IMG/VR virus record: IMGVR_UViG_3300047546_001556
From: an uncultured virus (IMG/VR IMGVR_UViG_3300047546_001556)
Lineage: Duplodnaviria > Heunggongvirae > Uroviricota > Caudoviricetes > Autographiviridae
Strand: one strand, 5' to 3'
DNA: 64,000 nucleotides
Within the stretch, counting starts at the first letter, position 1, and every line of letters starts with the position of its first letter. The position numbers and the translations under genes were made by a program. Of this stretch, positions 46,263 to 55,675 are shown one piece after another. The notes under the pieces were generated by a model. That model was not told where the DNA came from. It did no database searches and worked only from the letters and a program-made list of their open reading frames with translations.

Positions 46263-47958
46263 ACTCTACGTCTTTCATAGCAAGCGGTATAAGGGTCTTG
46301 ACCATCTCTACGTGCTCAGGTGCAACGGAGAGCTGCATCTCGTCGTGGACGAAAGCAAGCGGTGTGTAATCGACACCGGCCTCTTTGAGCAGTTCATTAG
46401 TACGTACAACCCACATCTTGCAGATTGACGCTCCACATGACTGGAGGAGGTAGTTCAAAGAGGCATGTGACTTCTTGATCCGAATAGGTCTTCCATCGAT
46501 GCCATAGATGACACCGGACTCAGCACGCTTTTGAACAGCGGTGACAAGATCACGGAATCCTTCGATACCGTCTAGCAGTTTTGCTCTGAGCTCTTTACCT
46601 CTGGCAGAAGCTTCCTTCTTTGAAGCGCCGGCAGACAATCCAAGCTTAACATCGCCCCCTCCGTAGATCATACAGTAGGTTATAACTTTCTGAGTTCTCC
46701 GATCTACTCCAGAAATGTCCGCCATTGCTTGGTGGATATCGCCTTCAACGACTGTCTTTCCGAAGGAGCCACCGTCGTATCGTGCCAGATAATGAGCAAG
46801 GCAACGAAGTTCGAGGCCAGAAGCGTCAGCGCCAACTTGAATACGATCCTTGCCGGCATAAAACAACTCACGGCATTCGTGACTACTCGGAACCTGGGCA
46901 AGATTTGGACGTAGGTGAACATTTCTTCCGGTGGCAGTGTTGAGAAGACAGCTGTGATGAATGCAGCCATCCTTCTCCACCATTTGCAGCCAGCTGTTCT
47001 TGCCTTCAGACAAAAGTCCTAAGGCTTTCTGCAGCTCCAGAATCCGAGCAAACTGCTTGCTCTCTTCTGTACCTATTGCAAGGAGAACATCTTCATCGAT
47101 CTTGGGCTTGCCAGTATCGGTGAAGTCTGTGGGCTCCCATCCACGGTGCTTCTGGAAAGCCCAGGCGATGTGATCACGGCTGGTAGGACTGAATTCGGTA
47201 AGGCGCGTCATCGGAGCCCCGGTGACATACCCACGTGTGGCGTCATTACGTCGGGGAACAAACTCCTTGCCTGCCACAAATGTGAATGTGGCTCGCATCT
47301 GGTCTGAGAGCGTTTCGATTTCAGTCCGTAGCCGACTCTCTAAGGCGTGAGCCTTGTAGACATCGAATGGATATCCAGCCTGCTCTTGCCAAGCCATGAT
47401 CTCTGCACACTTGTGCTCAAGATCAATAGCCCGCTGATATTCCTCAAGCTTAGGCTCGAACATCTTGACGAGAGGATAGTTAGCCTCAACGTCTTGTGTG
47501 CAGTAATCCAGCATCTCTGGTGTGTAAACACTCCAGTCGCCGTGCAACTGCTTGCCGTACTCGCTCTTTAGGACACCAAGGCGGTAGCCCCAAGACTCTA
47601 GGGAGTGACGACCGTACAAGTTACCCGGCATGTTGGCCGGTTTAGCTCGTAAGTCTCGATCCAGCATGTCAGTAAAGAACATGCGAGACAGAATTAGAGT
47701 GTCATACAGCTTCCCGTTCCAGGGCTTGAAGAACGGATATATTTCCTGGATCGCTGGTACATCAAAACCTAAGATATTATGCCCCCATAATTCATCAGCT
47801 TCCATCAACAAGGTAAGGCCGTTCGTTACAGAACTGTTCCTGCCGCTGTCGTCGAACCTGTAAACCTCTTGGGTATCTAGGTCCTTGGCCACGACACAGT
47901 GAACCGTTGTGAGCTTGCGGAGAAGCCCATCGGTCTCAATATCAAAGACATATCTCAT
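46192..47958 (-). CDS. polA: T7-like family A DNA polymerase
   Basis: 'FDIETDGL', 'GHNILGFD', 'GRHSLESWGYRLG', 'DASGLELR', 'RTQKVITYCMIYGG', 'LNYLLQS', 'FVHDE'. Confidence 0.97.
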   Translation of the reverse strand: MRYVFDIETDGLLRKLTTVHCVVAKDLDTQEVYRFDDSGRNSSVTNGLTLLMEADELWGHNILGFDVPAIQEIYPFFKPWNGKLYDTLILSRMFFTDMLDRDLRAKPANMPGNLYGRHSLESWGYRLGVLKSEYGKQLHGDWSVYTPEMLDYCTQDVEANYPLVKMFEPKLEEYQRAIDLEHKCAEIMAWQEQAGYPFDVYKAHALESRLRTEIETLSDQMRATFTFVAGKEFVPRRNDATRGYVTGAPMTRLTEFSPTSRDHIAWAFQKHRGWEPTDFTDTGKPKIDEDVLLAIGTEESKQFARILELQKALGLLSEGKNSWLQMVEKDGCIHHSCLLNTATGRNVHLRPNLAQVPSSHECRELFYAGKDRIQVGADASGLELRCLAHYLARYDGGSFGKTVVEGDIHQAMADISGVDRRTQKVITYCMIYGGGDVKLGLSAGASKKEASARGKELRAKLLDGIEGFRDLVTAVQKRAESGVIYGIDGRPIRIKKSHASLNYLLQSCGASICKMWVVRTNELLKEAGVDYTPLAFVHDEMQLSVAPEHVEMVKTLIPLAMKDVEYAIKFRTPLDCEVQSGLNWGDTH

Positions 47959-48239
47959 CGGCCATTTGCTCGGTAGAAATCAATAACCTGCATAAGTGCT
48001 CGCAAGTGTTCTTCGTGCATCTTCCGCACCTGTGTCTCTCTCCTCAGGACATTGGCCTGGTGGTCGAGAACGAGCAGGGTTGGAAACTCTGTAATCGAAT
48101 AAGAGATACAAACAGCCTTGTGGTATTGCCTCTCCAGGACTGCTGTGTAGCAGCGGTAGTTCGTACCGTCTAAAGCACTCTCTAGGTTGTCCAGAGCCAC
48201 CTGAGAGGGCAGGTGATCGTTCTCTGTGAATAGAACCAA
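47955..48239 (-). CDS. Putative thioredoxin-fold protein lacking CxxC
   Basis: 'LVLFTENDHLPS...YSITEFPTLLVLD' resembles the Trx beta1/cis-Pro pattern; start uncertain (TTG about 48239). Confidence 0.5.
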   Translation of the reverse strand: MVLFTENDHLPSQVALDNLESALDGTNYRCYTAVLERQYHKAVCISYSITEFPTLLVLDHQANVLRRETQVRKMHEEHLRALMQVIDFYRANGR

Positions 48240-48249
48240 GTGATGCGGC

Positions 48250-49848
48250 TTAGAAGTCCGTGTAAGCGGCGGAACCGGCTCCTTCTCCTGCTCCTGACGG
48301 GCCGAGCATTTGGAGCAGCCTTCCGCGTTCCTTGTCGTACCGAAGCATTCCAGCTTCGCCCGTTGTCCCGTTGAAACGGTTTTTAAGAACCCGGAGAAGT
48401 GAGGTGTCATCTCCAGCCGCCATGTTCCGCTCAAGACAGACGACGAGGTCGCTGAGCTGCTGGATTCCTTGCGACCCCCGAAGATGTGAGAGAGAAATCT
48501 GGCCACCGTCTTCGTGACCTTTGTCATTGTGTAACCTCCTTAGGTGAGAGACGAGAATCAAACCAATACGTGTTTCTTCAACAAACGACCTGAGTTTTGT
48601 CATCGTTACATCGATCATCTGCCTCTCGTTATCTGTTGCATTACCGGACAACAGAATTGAAAGGTGATCGAGGATGACCCATTTGACATCCCTTGCTTTA
48701 ACCATAAAGCGGATGTCGTTGAGGATTACATCTGGATCGACGCTACCGAAACCATCTCGAAGAAAGACCCTGCCAGAACCAACGCTCTTGTTGAAAGCTT
48801 CTTCAAAGAGCTGGTCGTCGATTTGATTGTCTAGATGTAGCGGCTTGTTGGCCACAACAGACATCAGTCGGAGACCGGTCCTTTGGATAGATTCCTCAAG
48901 GGCGATGTAGCCAACATTGAACCCCTGATCGACGAGGTGTTGGGCCGTTTCTCCACAGAGGAGGCTTTTCCCGACGCCTGATCCAGCGGTAATCGTGCAG
49001 AGCTCCCCCAGTCGCAGACCACCAGTAACGGAATTAAGACCGTCGAAAGGCCAATCAGCGTCCCTACCAACCATTGGCCGGCGGAGTAGATCAAGTAGAT
49101 TTCGTCCATCAATAATCGTCTTGGGCGAATAGGGAGCGGCATTCCAAATGGCCTGCCTGATTGCTTCCCCATCGCGTGCCTGTAAAGCCTCTGAGGCGTC
49201 CTTGTAGGCCCCCATAGAGGCGATCTTCACCTTGTCAGGGGGGAAGAGCTGGGCACACTTAACGGCTGCCTCCTGGCCCGGAGAATCGTTATCAAAGAGA
49301 ATTATGATTTCCTCGAAGCTAAGGCAAAAGGAGAGCTGATTCTGGAGATCTTTATAGGCACCAGCAGCACCGCTATAGATCGAGACAACTGGCCACTTTG
49401 GCTGGGCCTCCCAGACGCTCAGGGCGTCCATTTCGCCCTCGACAATGACAAGGCGCTTACCACCTCCGAAGAGGTGCTGTCCGAACAACCGTTTCTCGAC
49501 ATTCTTGCCGATCCACCTGAAGTTCTTCTCCTTGTCTCTCTCCTTAGCCCCTACGACCCTGCCTGATTGATCTGTGTAGGGGAACCGGATCACTGGACCC
49601 GCGTCCACCCTGACATTGAACTTGCGGCACGTCTGCTCGGTAATGCGCCTGGAGCGAATCTCGGCAAAGTCGCCGTGATAGTGAAAAGTCCCTACTGATT
49701 TGGTAGGGACATCCTCAGTTCCAGGCACATAGTGCTGACAGGAGTAGCAATAGGTGTGGCCATCTGAATACAGACTGTTGGCATCACTACTCCCACAGTT
49801 CGGGCAGGGCTCGTGTCGAATGAACTCCGAGTCCTCACTCATAGTCAA
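48250..49848 (-). CDS. Primase-helicase (T7 gp4-like)
   Basis: Zn finger 'HEPCPNCGSSDA...CYSC', TOPRIM 'EGEMDA', Walker A 'AGSGVGKS', 'ILDHLS', 'VLKNRF'. Confidence 0.97.
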   Translation of the reverse strand: MTMSEDSEFIRHEPCPNCGSSDANSLYSDGHTYCYSCQHYVPGTEDVPTKSVGTFHYHGDFAEIRSRRITEQTCRKFNVRVDAGPVIRFPYTDQSGRVVGAKERDKEKNFRWIGKNVEKRLFGQHLFGGGKRLVIVEGEMDALSVWEAQPKWPVVSIYSGAAGAYKDLQNQLSFCLSFEEIIILFDNDSPGQEAAVKCAQLFPPDKVKIASMGAYKDASEALQARDGEAIRQAIWNAAPYSPKTIIDGRNLLDLLRRPMVGRDADWPFDGLNSVTGGLRLGELCTITAGSGVGKSLLCGETAQHLVDQGFNVGYIALEESIQRTGLRLMSVVANKPLHLDNQIDDQLFEEAFNKSVGSGRVFLRDGFGSVDPDVILNDIRFMVKARDVKWVILDHLSILLSGNATDNERQMIDVTMTKLRSFVEETRIGLILVSHLRRLHNDKGHEDGGQISLSHLRGSQGIQQLSDLVVCLERNMAAGDDTSLLRVLKNRFNGTTGEAGMLRYDKERGRLLQMLGPSGAGEGAGSAAYTDF

Positions 49849-49978
49849 ACACTAAAGTTTCAAAGCGGTCAAGTTCGTTCTCAAAGCCCTCGATGATGTC
49901 TTGAGGGCTAGAGCCTTCTTCGAGCAGAGACAGTATCAGCCTCTTCACTACACCCTGGATGTGCGCGATATCACTCAT
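49835..49978 (-). CDS. Small acidic hypothetical protein, 47 aa
   Basis: Manual translation MSDIAHIQGVVKRL...FDYE; ATGA-coupled. Confidence 0.55.
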   Translation of the reverse strand: MSDIAHIQGVVKRLILSLLEEGSSPQDIIEGFENELDRFETLVFDYE

Positions 49979-50118
49979 GAGAGGAAATCCTGAGCGACAT
50001 CTACATACTCATCGAGAGCGCCAACAACATCAGCAAACTCAAAGCCAGCGTCTTCAAGACTCGATACAAAGGCATCGATCTTGTCGAAGAGGTGTGAGAC
50101 TTCAACAGAAGGGGTCAT
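49975..50118 (-). CDS. Small acidic hypothetical protein, 47 aa
   Basis: Manual translation MTPSVEVSHLFDKID...QDFLS; ATGA-coupled at both ends. Confidence 0.55.
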   Translation of the reverse strand: MTPSVEVSHLFDKIDAFVSSLEDAGFEFADVVGALDEYVDVAQDFLS

Positions 50119-50465
50119 TCAAACCATTGCGGTGGAACATTTGGCCATACACACGCAGGAAAGCCGTGCTTCTCAGCCCAGCTCAGGTACGTGTGCTTTG
50201 AACCCTTGGCCAACGGGTTGTTTCGTTGAAATACGAAGCGAATATCGAGATCGGGATTGCACTTCTTCACAGCAATCATCTTGCGGCGGTCAGCAGGCTT
50301 GAGGAAGCCCTTCGCCTCAATGATGACGTTATTCGGAAGATGGAAATCCGGGGTATAAGAACAGTCTAGCTGGTAATTTAGTTTGGAGGACTCATACTTA
50401 AAGTCGAGCCCTACCGATGTAAACGCTTTGGCTATCTGCTCCTCGAATTTGGAGCGAAAAGCCAT
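50115..50465 (-). CDS. Endonuclease I (T7 gp3-like Holliday junction resolvase)
   Basis: 'FRSKFE...YE...YTPDF...IIEAKG...DRRKM...DIRFVF'. Confidence 0.95.
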   Translation of the reverse strand: MAFRSKFEEQIAKAFTSVGLDFKYESSKLNYQLDCSYTPDFHLPNNVIIEAKGFLKPADRRKMIAVKKCNPDLDIRFVFQRNNPLAKGSKHTYLSWAEKHGFPACVWPNVPPQWFE

Positions 50466-51034
50466 CAGAAGTCGTAAGTGTCTTCGTCAACAGCTTCAGC
50501 CTCCGCTTTGCGAGGAGCAGGGGAGGATTGCTTGAAGCCTGCACTCTTCTGGAACAGAGAAATAATCTCGTCTTCAGAGAGCTCACCTGAATCAGCAACC
50601 GCACCGCTGTTGAGCTCCAGCACCTGGACACCGAGGAGCTGAAACTTGGTGCCAACCTTATTGCCGTAGGGGTAGCCCGTCTGATTGACAATGACGCGGG
50701 CCTTAGTCCCTTTACGGATTGAGGCTCTCACCTCATCAGACAAGACGGAACCCTCAGCGTCAATGAACACCGGCTTGGGTTTGTTGTCCGTCTCACCACC
50801 GTAGGTGTACTTAACAAGACCTTCTTCGTCCCATTTCTGGATGGCGACTTCACAGCGCTTGGGGTTAGCCAGCTTGGTCTTAGCCCAGGCCAGGCCTTCC
50901 TCCCGATCAGCTTCCATCTCCCCCAGCACATCGCTGGGGATACGGAACGACAAGGTGCAGTTGTTGTACTTGCCGGACGGCTGCCCGACGTTAATGAAGC
51001 CTTCGAGCGTGGTCTCAAACGTGAATCGAGCCAT
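50465..51034 (-). CDS. Single-stranded DNA-binding protein (T7 gp2.5-like)
   Basis: Between RNAP and endonuclease; 'LLGVQVLEL'; acidic tail ending in F. Confidence 0.9.
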   Translation of the reverse strand: MARFTFETTLEGFINVGQPSGKYNNCTLSFRIPSDVLGEMEADREEGLAWAKTKLANPKRCEVAIQKWDEEGLVKYTYGGETDNKPKPVFIDAEGSVLSDEVRASIRKGTKARVIVNQTGYPYGNKVGTKFQLLGVQVLELNSGAVADSGELSEDEIISLFQKSAGFKQSSPAPRKAEAEAVDEDTYDF

Positions 51035-51059
51035 AGGTTACAGGTGTGTAAGTGAAAGG

Positions 51060-53411
51060 TCAGCAGAAGAAATAGGTGGACTGGTTGACCTGATCGATGT
51101 CCAGGTCGCCTTTGATCAGGCCATCAGGAACAATTGCTCCGACCTGTTTGGCCCAGTCCTGAAGCACGTCGCCCTTGTACATCTCCGCAAAATGCAGGCG
51201 AAGCTGGCGTCCCATCTCGTCCATATCGCAGGATCGACCCATTGCACAGTCATGGATGACCGTGAAGGGTTTATCCCATTCAGAGAAGACGAAATGTAAG
51301 AGGCTGGCATCGGCGCTATGCACCAGATTTGGAGCTGTGCAGGCTTTGTGCTTATCAACGTCCACAGGGCCAGGACCCTTGTAGACCGAGGAACGCAGGG
51401 TTCCAACACCCATGAGCTGAGTCTTTACTCGCTCAGTGGTGGGTTTGTTGGCCATCTGGCGCACGACAAATCCAGAAGGTGTTGTCCATTGGATATATTC
51501 AGCGCCCTCGCGGATGATGCGAGCAGCACTCTCTTGAATCCAATTCATCACCCGTACAGGGCCACCAAAGACTTCAGGCATAGCCTTGTCGTAGATGGCC
51601 TTGGTGATTGTGGACACATCGCCGTCCTCTAAGGGACAGCCCGCTTCCTTCAAGGCTCCCAGGATGTAGCCACGAGCGCTATGCCTTGTGACCCCATAGG
51701 GCGTACACATGACGGTTCGCTTGGTCACTTTCCTGGTCATCCAGTCGTGATACTTAGCGTCCAGATGCTTCTTGGCCTGTTCAGCCACGGTCTTATAACC
51801 GTCAGCTGGAACATCCGTAGGCAGGACATTCACCAGAGCAGCAGCCGTTGCATCTTCTGTCATTGCGGACAAATGCTGGAGGCCACTGCAGGTGGCGTCC
51901 ACGCCCACGGGGTAGCCACTGGTTGCACGAGTGCAAGCGATACAGCAATCGAAATACTCGAAGCAGCTAGCAAGGAAGCACCAGGGCTCTTCAGCCTGAC
52001 GCCACTCTGCAATCGTGTCCAGAGGGTTTTGTGCAATACGGGAGATCAGCTCCGTATTTGCACGAGTCCAAGCGACCCGATCAGCCATCGTCGCTTTGTC
52101 GTGCCCGAAGCACGTGGCGACAGAGAAGGCAAGCCAATATTCATTGACTGGACCTTCATCCACAAAATAGAACAGACTTTTATGGAAGTCTGACCCTTGT
52201 GGTGTGAGGCTGGTCACAAGCGGGTAGAGACGGCCGCGATAGTCGGCACTCCAGGGAATCCAGAAGGCCTCTTCATTGACATACTTCCGAGCGACATACA
52301 TCGTCTCAGTCGTCAGCCAATTGTCTCGCTCAAGCTGAGCATTGACATCCTCCAGAACGCGGCGAGCCCGTTTGTACTCCTTGATCACCTCTTCACTTGC
52401 GCCCTCAACGGGCCTGGTGGGTGGTTCGTGGCGCTCTTCACGCTTGAACTTGCCAACCGAGATGAAGTTCTCAAAGCAGTGCTCCGCCACATCAAACACC
52501 TGTCGGTTGATCCGATAGGCCTGACGCTGCAGGTTGTTCAGCATCTGAATGAACAGGTCTCCCTGCTCTAATGGTTCCCCTGCCAGATGAGCCCGCACCA
52601 TTGGGTAACCGCGCTCTTCAGCCGTTAAGTAACCACCAGGAGACTCGTTAGACCAGTCCCGAGGTGGACAAACCATCGGCCAGAGACAACAGGCGATCTC
52701 GCCGGCCCGCTGCATTATTTGATCCTTCAGCTTGAGAAACTCATCGCTGTAACGGATCAGCAGCACCCGGCTGCGATAGCCGGTCCCGGTGAGCTCGGTC
52801 TCAATCCAGCCAGCCCCTCGCTGAAGGCAATCCAGCAGGTAGCCGCCGATCTGGGTGTTGATCCTGGAGCTCCAGGTCTTCCACTCAATACCCTCACGGT
52901 TGAACTGCAGCTTGTAGACCGTGGCCTTTTGCTGCGTGCCCGTAGAGGCGTGGAAGCGTTTGGTGATCTTCTTAAAGAGCTCTGGGTCCTGCTCCTGATA
53001 CCAGTTCAGCCGCAGCTCGGTTTGAACGGCCTTGCCCACGGCCGAGGCGACATTGAGATAGGTGAGCGGCTTGGCTCGCTCGTGACCTTTGCCGGCCCCA
53101 AGCGTGTCCAGACACACCTTCATCGTCAGCAAGGCCAAGACCTTGGGGTCAGCCTGTGCGAGGCGTTCAGCAATCAAGCGATGCTCCGGGCCCGGTTGAC
53201 CGTTGGAGATGCGTCCGAGGCGCTCGCTGACTACAGCGGCCACAGCGGCCAGATGGCCATTCAGCAGTTGCTTGCCATAGACCGTGGCTGAGGCGTACTT
53301 ACGTTGTTCGGCCTCCAGGGTGCGGCTGTCAAGTCGGGTCTCCGCTTCCTGCTTCTGAGCAGTCTCACGGGCCAGCTGACGTGCGATGCGATCAACTGTG
53401 TCCAATTGCAT
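51060..53411 (-). CDS. Single-subunit T7-like RNA polymerase
   Basis: 'DYRGRLYP', motif A 'DATCSGLQH', motif B 'RKVTKRTVMCTPYG', 'PNLVHSADA', motif C 'IHDC'. Confidence 0.98.
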   Translation of the reverse strand: MQLDTVDRIARQLARETAQKQEAETRLDSRTLEAEQRKYASATVYGKQLLNGHLAAVAAVVSERLGRISNGQPGPEHRLIAERLAQADPKVLALLTMKVCLDTLGAGKGHERAKPLTYLNVASAVGKAVQTELRLNWYQEQDPELFKKITKRFHASTGTQQKATVYKLQFNREGIEWKTWSSRINTQIGGYLLDCLQRGAGWIETELTGTGYRSRVLLIRYSDEFLKLKDQIMQRAGEIACCLWPMVCPPRDWSNESPGGYLTAEERGYPMVRAHLAGEPLEQGDLFIQMLNNLQRQAYRINRQVFDVAEHCFENFISVGKFKREERHEPPTRPVEGASEEVIKEYKRARRVLEDVNAQLERDNWLTTETMYVARKYVNEEAFWIPWSADYRGRLYPLVTSLTPQGSDFHKSLFYFVDEGPVNEYWLAFSVATCFGHDKATMADRVAWTRANTELISRIAQNPLDTIAEWRQAEEPWCFLASCFEYFDCCIACTRATSGYPVGVDATCSGLQHLSAMTEDATAAALVNVLPTDVPADGYKTVAEQAKKHLDAKYHDWMTRKVTKRTVMCTPYGVTRHSARGYILGALKEAGCPLEDGDVSTITKAIYDKAMPEVFGGPVRVMNWIQESAARIIREGAEYIQWTTPSGFVVRQMANKPTTERVKTQLMGVGTLRSSVYKGPGPVDVDKHKACTAPNLVHSADASLLHFVFSEWDKPFTVIHDCAMGRSCDMDEMGRQLRLHFAEMYKGDVLQDWAKQVGAIVPDGLIKGDLDIDQVNQSTYFFC

Positions 53412-53420
53412 GTGTGTAAA

Positions 53421-53573
53421 TCAGAGATCAAAGACAAGAAAGTGCCGGAGGATCCGGTGGTACTCGTCGCTGAACTCGTCGTCGTCGAAGAGTGCGATGT
53501 CCCCGTAGGCCAGCAGTCGGCAGTAGGCCTCAGGGCTCAAAGACTCGATCTGTTCTTGGGTCAGATACGTCAT
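53421..53573 (-). CDS. Small acidic hypothetical protein, 50 aa
   Basis: Manual translation MTYLTQEQIESLSPEAYCRLLAYGD...FLVFDL. Confidence 0.6.
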   Translation of the reverse strand: MTYLTQEQIESLSPEAYCRLLAYGDIALFDDDEFSDEYHRILRHFLVFDL

Positions 53574-53617
53574 TAGAACCAGCGTTTAGTCGGTTACATG
53601 GGTGGAATTGAGCGAGC

Positions 53618-53646
53618 AAAAGGAAAGCCGGGCGTTTTACCCGGCT
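53618..53646 (-). terminator. Putative terminator between attP and the RNAP region
   Basis: Minus strand AGCCGGG-taaaacg-CCCGGCT followed by TTCCTTTT. Confidence 0.6.
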
Positions 53647-53677
53647 ATTTCCACTAATGCAATGTCGACGGCTTGGA

Positions 53678-53716
53678 ACCTGAAACTAGCGCGTCTACCA
53701 ATTCCGCCACATCCGC
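53678..53716 (-). other. Putative attP core: 5' half of tRNA-Leu(CAG)
   Basis: Minus strand GCGGATGTGGCGGAATTGGTAGACGCGCTAGTTTCAGGT: acceptor 5' strand, D arm and anticodon loop, after which the tRNA structure stops; 85 bp downstream of the integrase. Confidence 0.9.
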
Positions 53717-53800
53717 GTGGGGATCTCAGGGATTGACCTGATGATGGTGAACGTAGCAGATGGCCGGAAACAGGCCGTTTTCGGGCTCCATTAGTCGCGC

Positions 53801-54670
53801 CTAGATGCCCGCAATCGCGGTTCTAAGCGCTGCGTCAGTGGCCTTCACGTAGCGGAGGGAGGTCTCCACTTGGCGGTGTCCCATCAGGGCCATGATCTGG
53901 CGAGGGTGTGCCACTTCCCCCACCCAGGTGCCGAAGCTGTGCCGCAAGGAATGCCACACATGGTCATCGGTGATGCCGCAGTAATCCCGCACCTTCTTGA
54001 AGAGGCGGTATAACTCATCCTTATTGCTCCAGTCGCAACCGAACACTAAGGCTGATGGCATTGCTTGCTCGCAGCGCTTTTGAAGCACCGGAGCCACCTT
54101 TTCGTGGATGGGCACGGCCCGCACATTTTTACCTTTCGTAATACGACCGGGCTTGCCGCCGAACCAAACATTGCCGGTGCCCCAGTCCACATCCTCCACG
54201 CGCAGCTTGAGCAGCTCCGCTTGGCGTGCGCCTGTGTACGCTGCAAACAGGAGTGCATCGGCTAGGTCTGCTCGATCGAATACGTCGACAGCCGCGAACG
54301 CCAAGGCATCCACCTGCTCCTTTGTGAACCAGGTGAGCCGGTGCTCTCCCTCCTTTAAGCGATCAAAGCTGGGCACCGTCACGGTGGTGAGCTGGGCCTT
54401 ATGACACATCCGCAGCACGGTGGTGCCGGCGGAGATGACGCGGTTGACCGTGCTGGTGGACCACTCAGGGTGGTCATCCTGCAGGGCGGTGATCAGTTCC
54501 ATCCACCAGACGGGCTTGCCCATTCGGGTGAGCGGTAGGGAGCGGCCGCAGTAGGCGGTCACATGACCAGCGTTGATCTGGTTGGTGCGGGCGCTGTTGA
54601 GACGCCGCCAGTGGTTCTTCCAGACCCAGTCCAGGGCCTGGCCCCAGGTCTTGACTTGTTCCATCGACAA
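53801..54670 (-). CDS. int: Tyrosine integrase
   Basis: 'YTGARQAELL' (R), 'TKGK' (K), 'HSLRHSF' (HxxR), 'MGH', 'RYV' (Y). Confidence 0.95.
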   Translation of the reverse strand: MSMEQVKTWGQALDWVWKNHWRRLNSARTNQINAGHVTAYCGRSLPLTRMGKPVWWMELITALQDDHPEWSTSTVNRVISAGTTVLRMCHKAQLTTVTVPSFDRLKEGEHRLTWFTKEQVDALAFAAVDVFDRADLADALLFAAYTGARQAELLKLRVEDVDWGTGNVWFGGKPGRITKGKNVRAVPIHEKVAPVLQKRCEQAMPSALVFGCDWSNKDELYRLFKKVRDYCGITDDHVWHSLRHSFGTWVGEVAHPRQIMALMGHRQVETSLRYVKATDAALRTAIAGI

Positions 54671-55003
54671 TTAATCCTCCAGGTGAGAGCGGATGCTGTT
54701 GGCAAGGAGCTCACCACGCTTGGTCAGATACAACCGAAACCGCTTGTAGTAGTCCGGGTCCTGCTCGCGCTTGATGAGCCTGAGGCCTGGATTGCCGAAG
54801 CGATCGGTGTCGCCCAGCTTGTCCAAGGTCCGTGAGATCGAAGCAGCAGACATTCCTGTGGCTGTTTCAAGGACTTGCTGCAGGCAGCCTGGTTCCAGGA
54901 CCACATACAGAAAGACAGCAAGATGCTGTACCGGAATGTCTTTCACCGTCGCAGCCCGGAAGGCTTCGATGGCGGAGTACAGCTTCTTAAACTCAGGATC
55001 CAT
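54671..55003 (-). CDS. MarR-like winged-helix regulator
   Basis: 'GMSAASISRTLDKL...LIKREQDP...RFRLYLTKRGE'. Confidence 0.85.
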   Translation of the reverse strand: MDPEFKKLYSAIEAFRAATVKDIPVQHLAVFLYVVLEPGCLQQVLETATGMSAASISRTLDKLGDTDRFGNPGLRLIKREQDPDYYKRFRLYLTKRGELLANSIRSHLED

Positions 55004-55022
55004 TGTTTAGACCTCAGTTCCC

Positions 55023-55319
55023 CTAGTGTAAGCCATTTCGTGGCCTGTTATCTAGGGGGCATTCCCGGAGCATTTGTGCTGAAGACTTAGTAAAGCTTTC
55101 AGCCTCGCTCGGAATGTCGATATCCAGCAGATCCCTAGCCGTAAGCTTGGCGACGATGCGCTTGAGCTCGGTGGCCTGGGCTTCATCGGACGCGCCATAC
55201 CGTCTGAGCGAGCACAGCACTTCTCCTGCAATGATTCCACCAAGGGAGCCATAGAGCTCACTGGCCCCAGCTGGCGCTGGAATTAAGGCTAAAGCAAGAC
55301 CGACAATTAAGGATTTCAA
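55023..55319 (-). CDS. Hypothetical protein with signal peptide
   Basis: 'MKSLIVGLALALIPAPAGA' (TTG start). Confidence 0.55.
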   Translation of the reverse strand: MKSLIVGLALALIPAPAGASELYGSLGGIIAGEVLCSLRRYGASDEAQATELKRIVAKLTARDLLDIDIPSEAESFTKSSAQMLRECPLDNRPRNGLH

Positions 55320-55516
55320 GGTAGATGAAGCGATGGGTTTAGGCTAGCGCCCTTGACCGCGATAGGCCTTCTTTCCCTTTCTTGGAAGTGATCGAAGACC
55401 GGAACCTTGGTGGGTACGCTTAGGTGGTCCAGGCACGAATTCAGACCGTGCTGTTTTAGACGGAGAGGATTTGGCCTTCATAGGCGACGATTAACGTGAT
55501 TGTGAAAAGGGGTTAT

Positions 55517-55675
55517 TTATTCGCCTGGGTGGAATTCGATTTCCCACTTAAAGCACTCTTCTAGGTAATCGGCCAGCTTGGCTAGCGCTTTACCCTCCGT
55601 GTGCAGACTGTGGCGGCTATACCACTCCAGACGTTCGAGAATCGTTGCATTCTCGGGATAGCGTTCAGCCATCAT
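55517..55675 (-). CDS. Small early hypothetical protein, 52 aa
   Basis: Manual translation MMAERYPENATIL...EFHPGE; abuts upstream stop. Confidence 0.5.
   Translation of the reverse strand: MMAERYPENATILERLEWYSRHSLHTEGKALAKLADYLEECFKWEIEFHPGE

Noticed and set aside
45843..47958. Group I intron or intein in polA associated with the Endo VII-like ORF
   Set aside because: polA is uninterrupted from the exonuclease motifs through motif C to its C-terminus.
53660..53716. Complete tRNA-Leu gene
   Set aside because: The sequence stops being tRNA-like after the anticodon loop: no 3' anticodon strand, T arm or acceptor 3' strand. Treated as attP.
53599..55540. TGGGTGGAATT repeat at about 53599 and 55526 as a phage promoter
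   Set aside because: Only two copies, and one lies inside the coding sequence 55517..55675.
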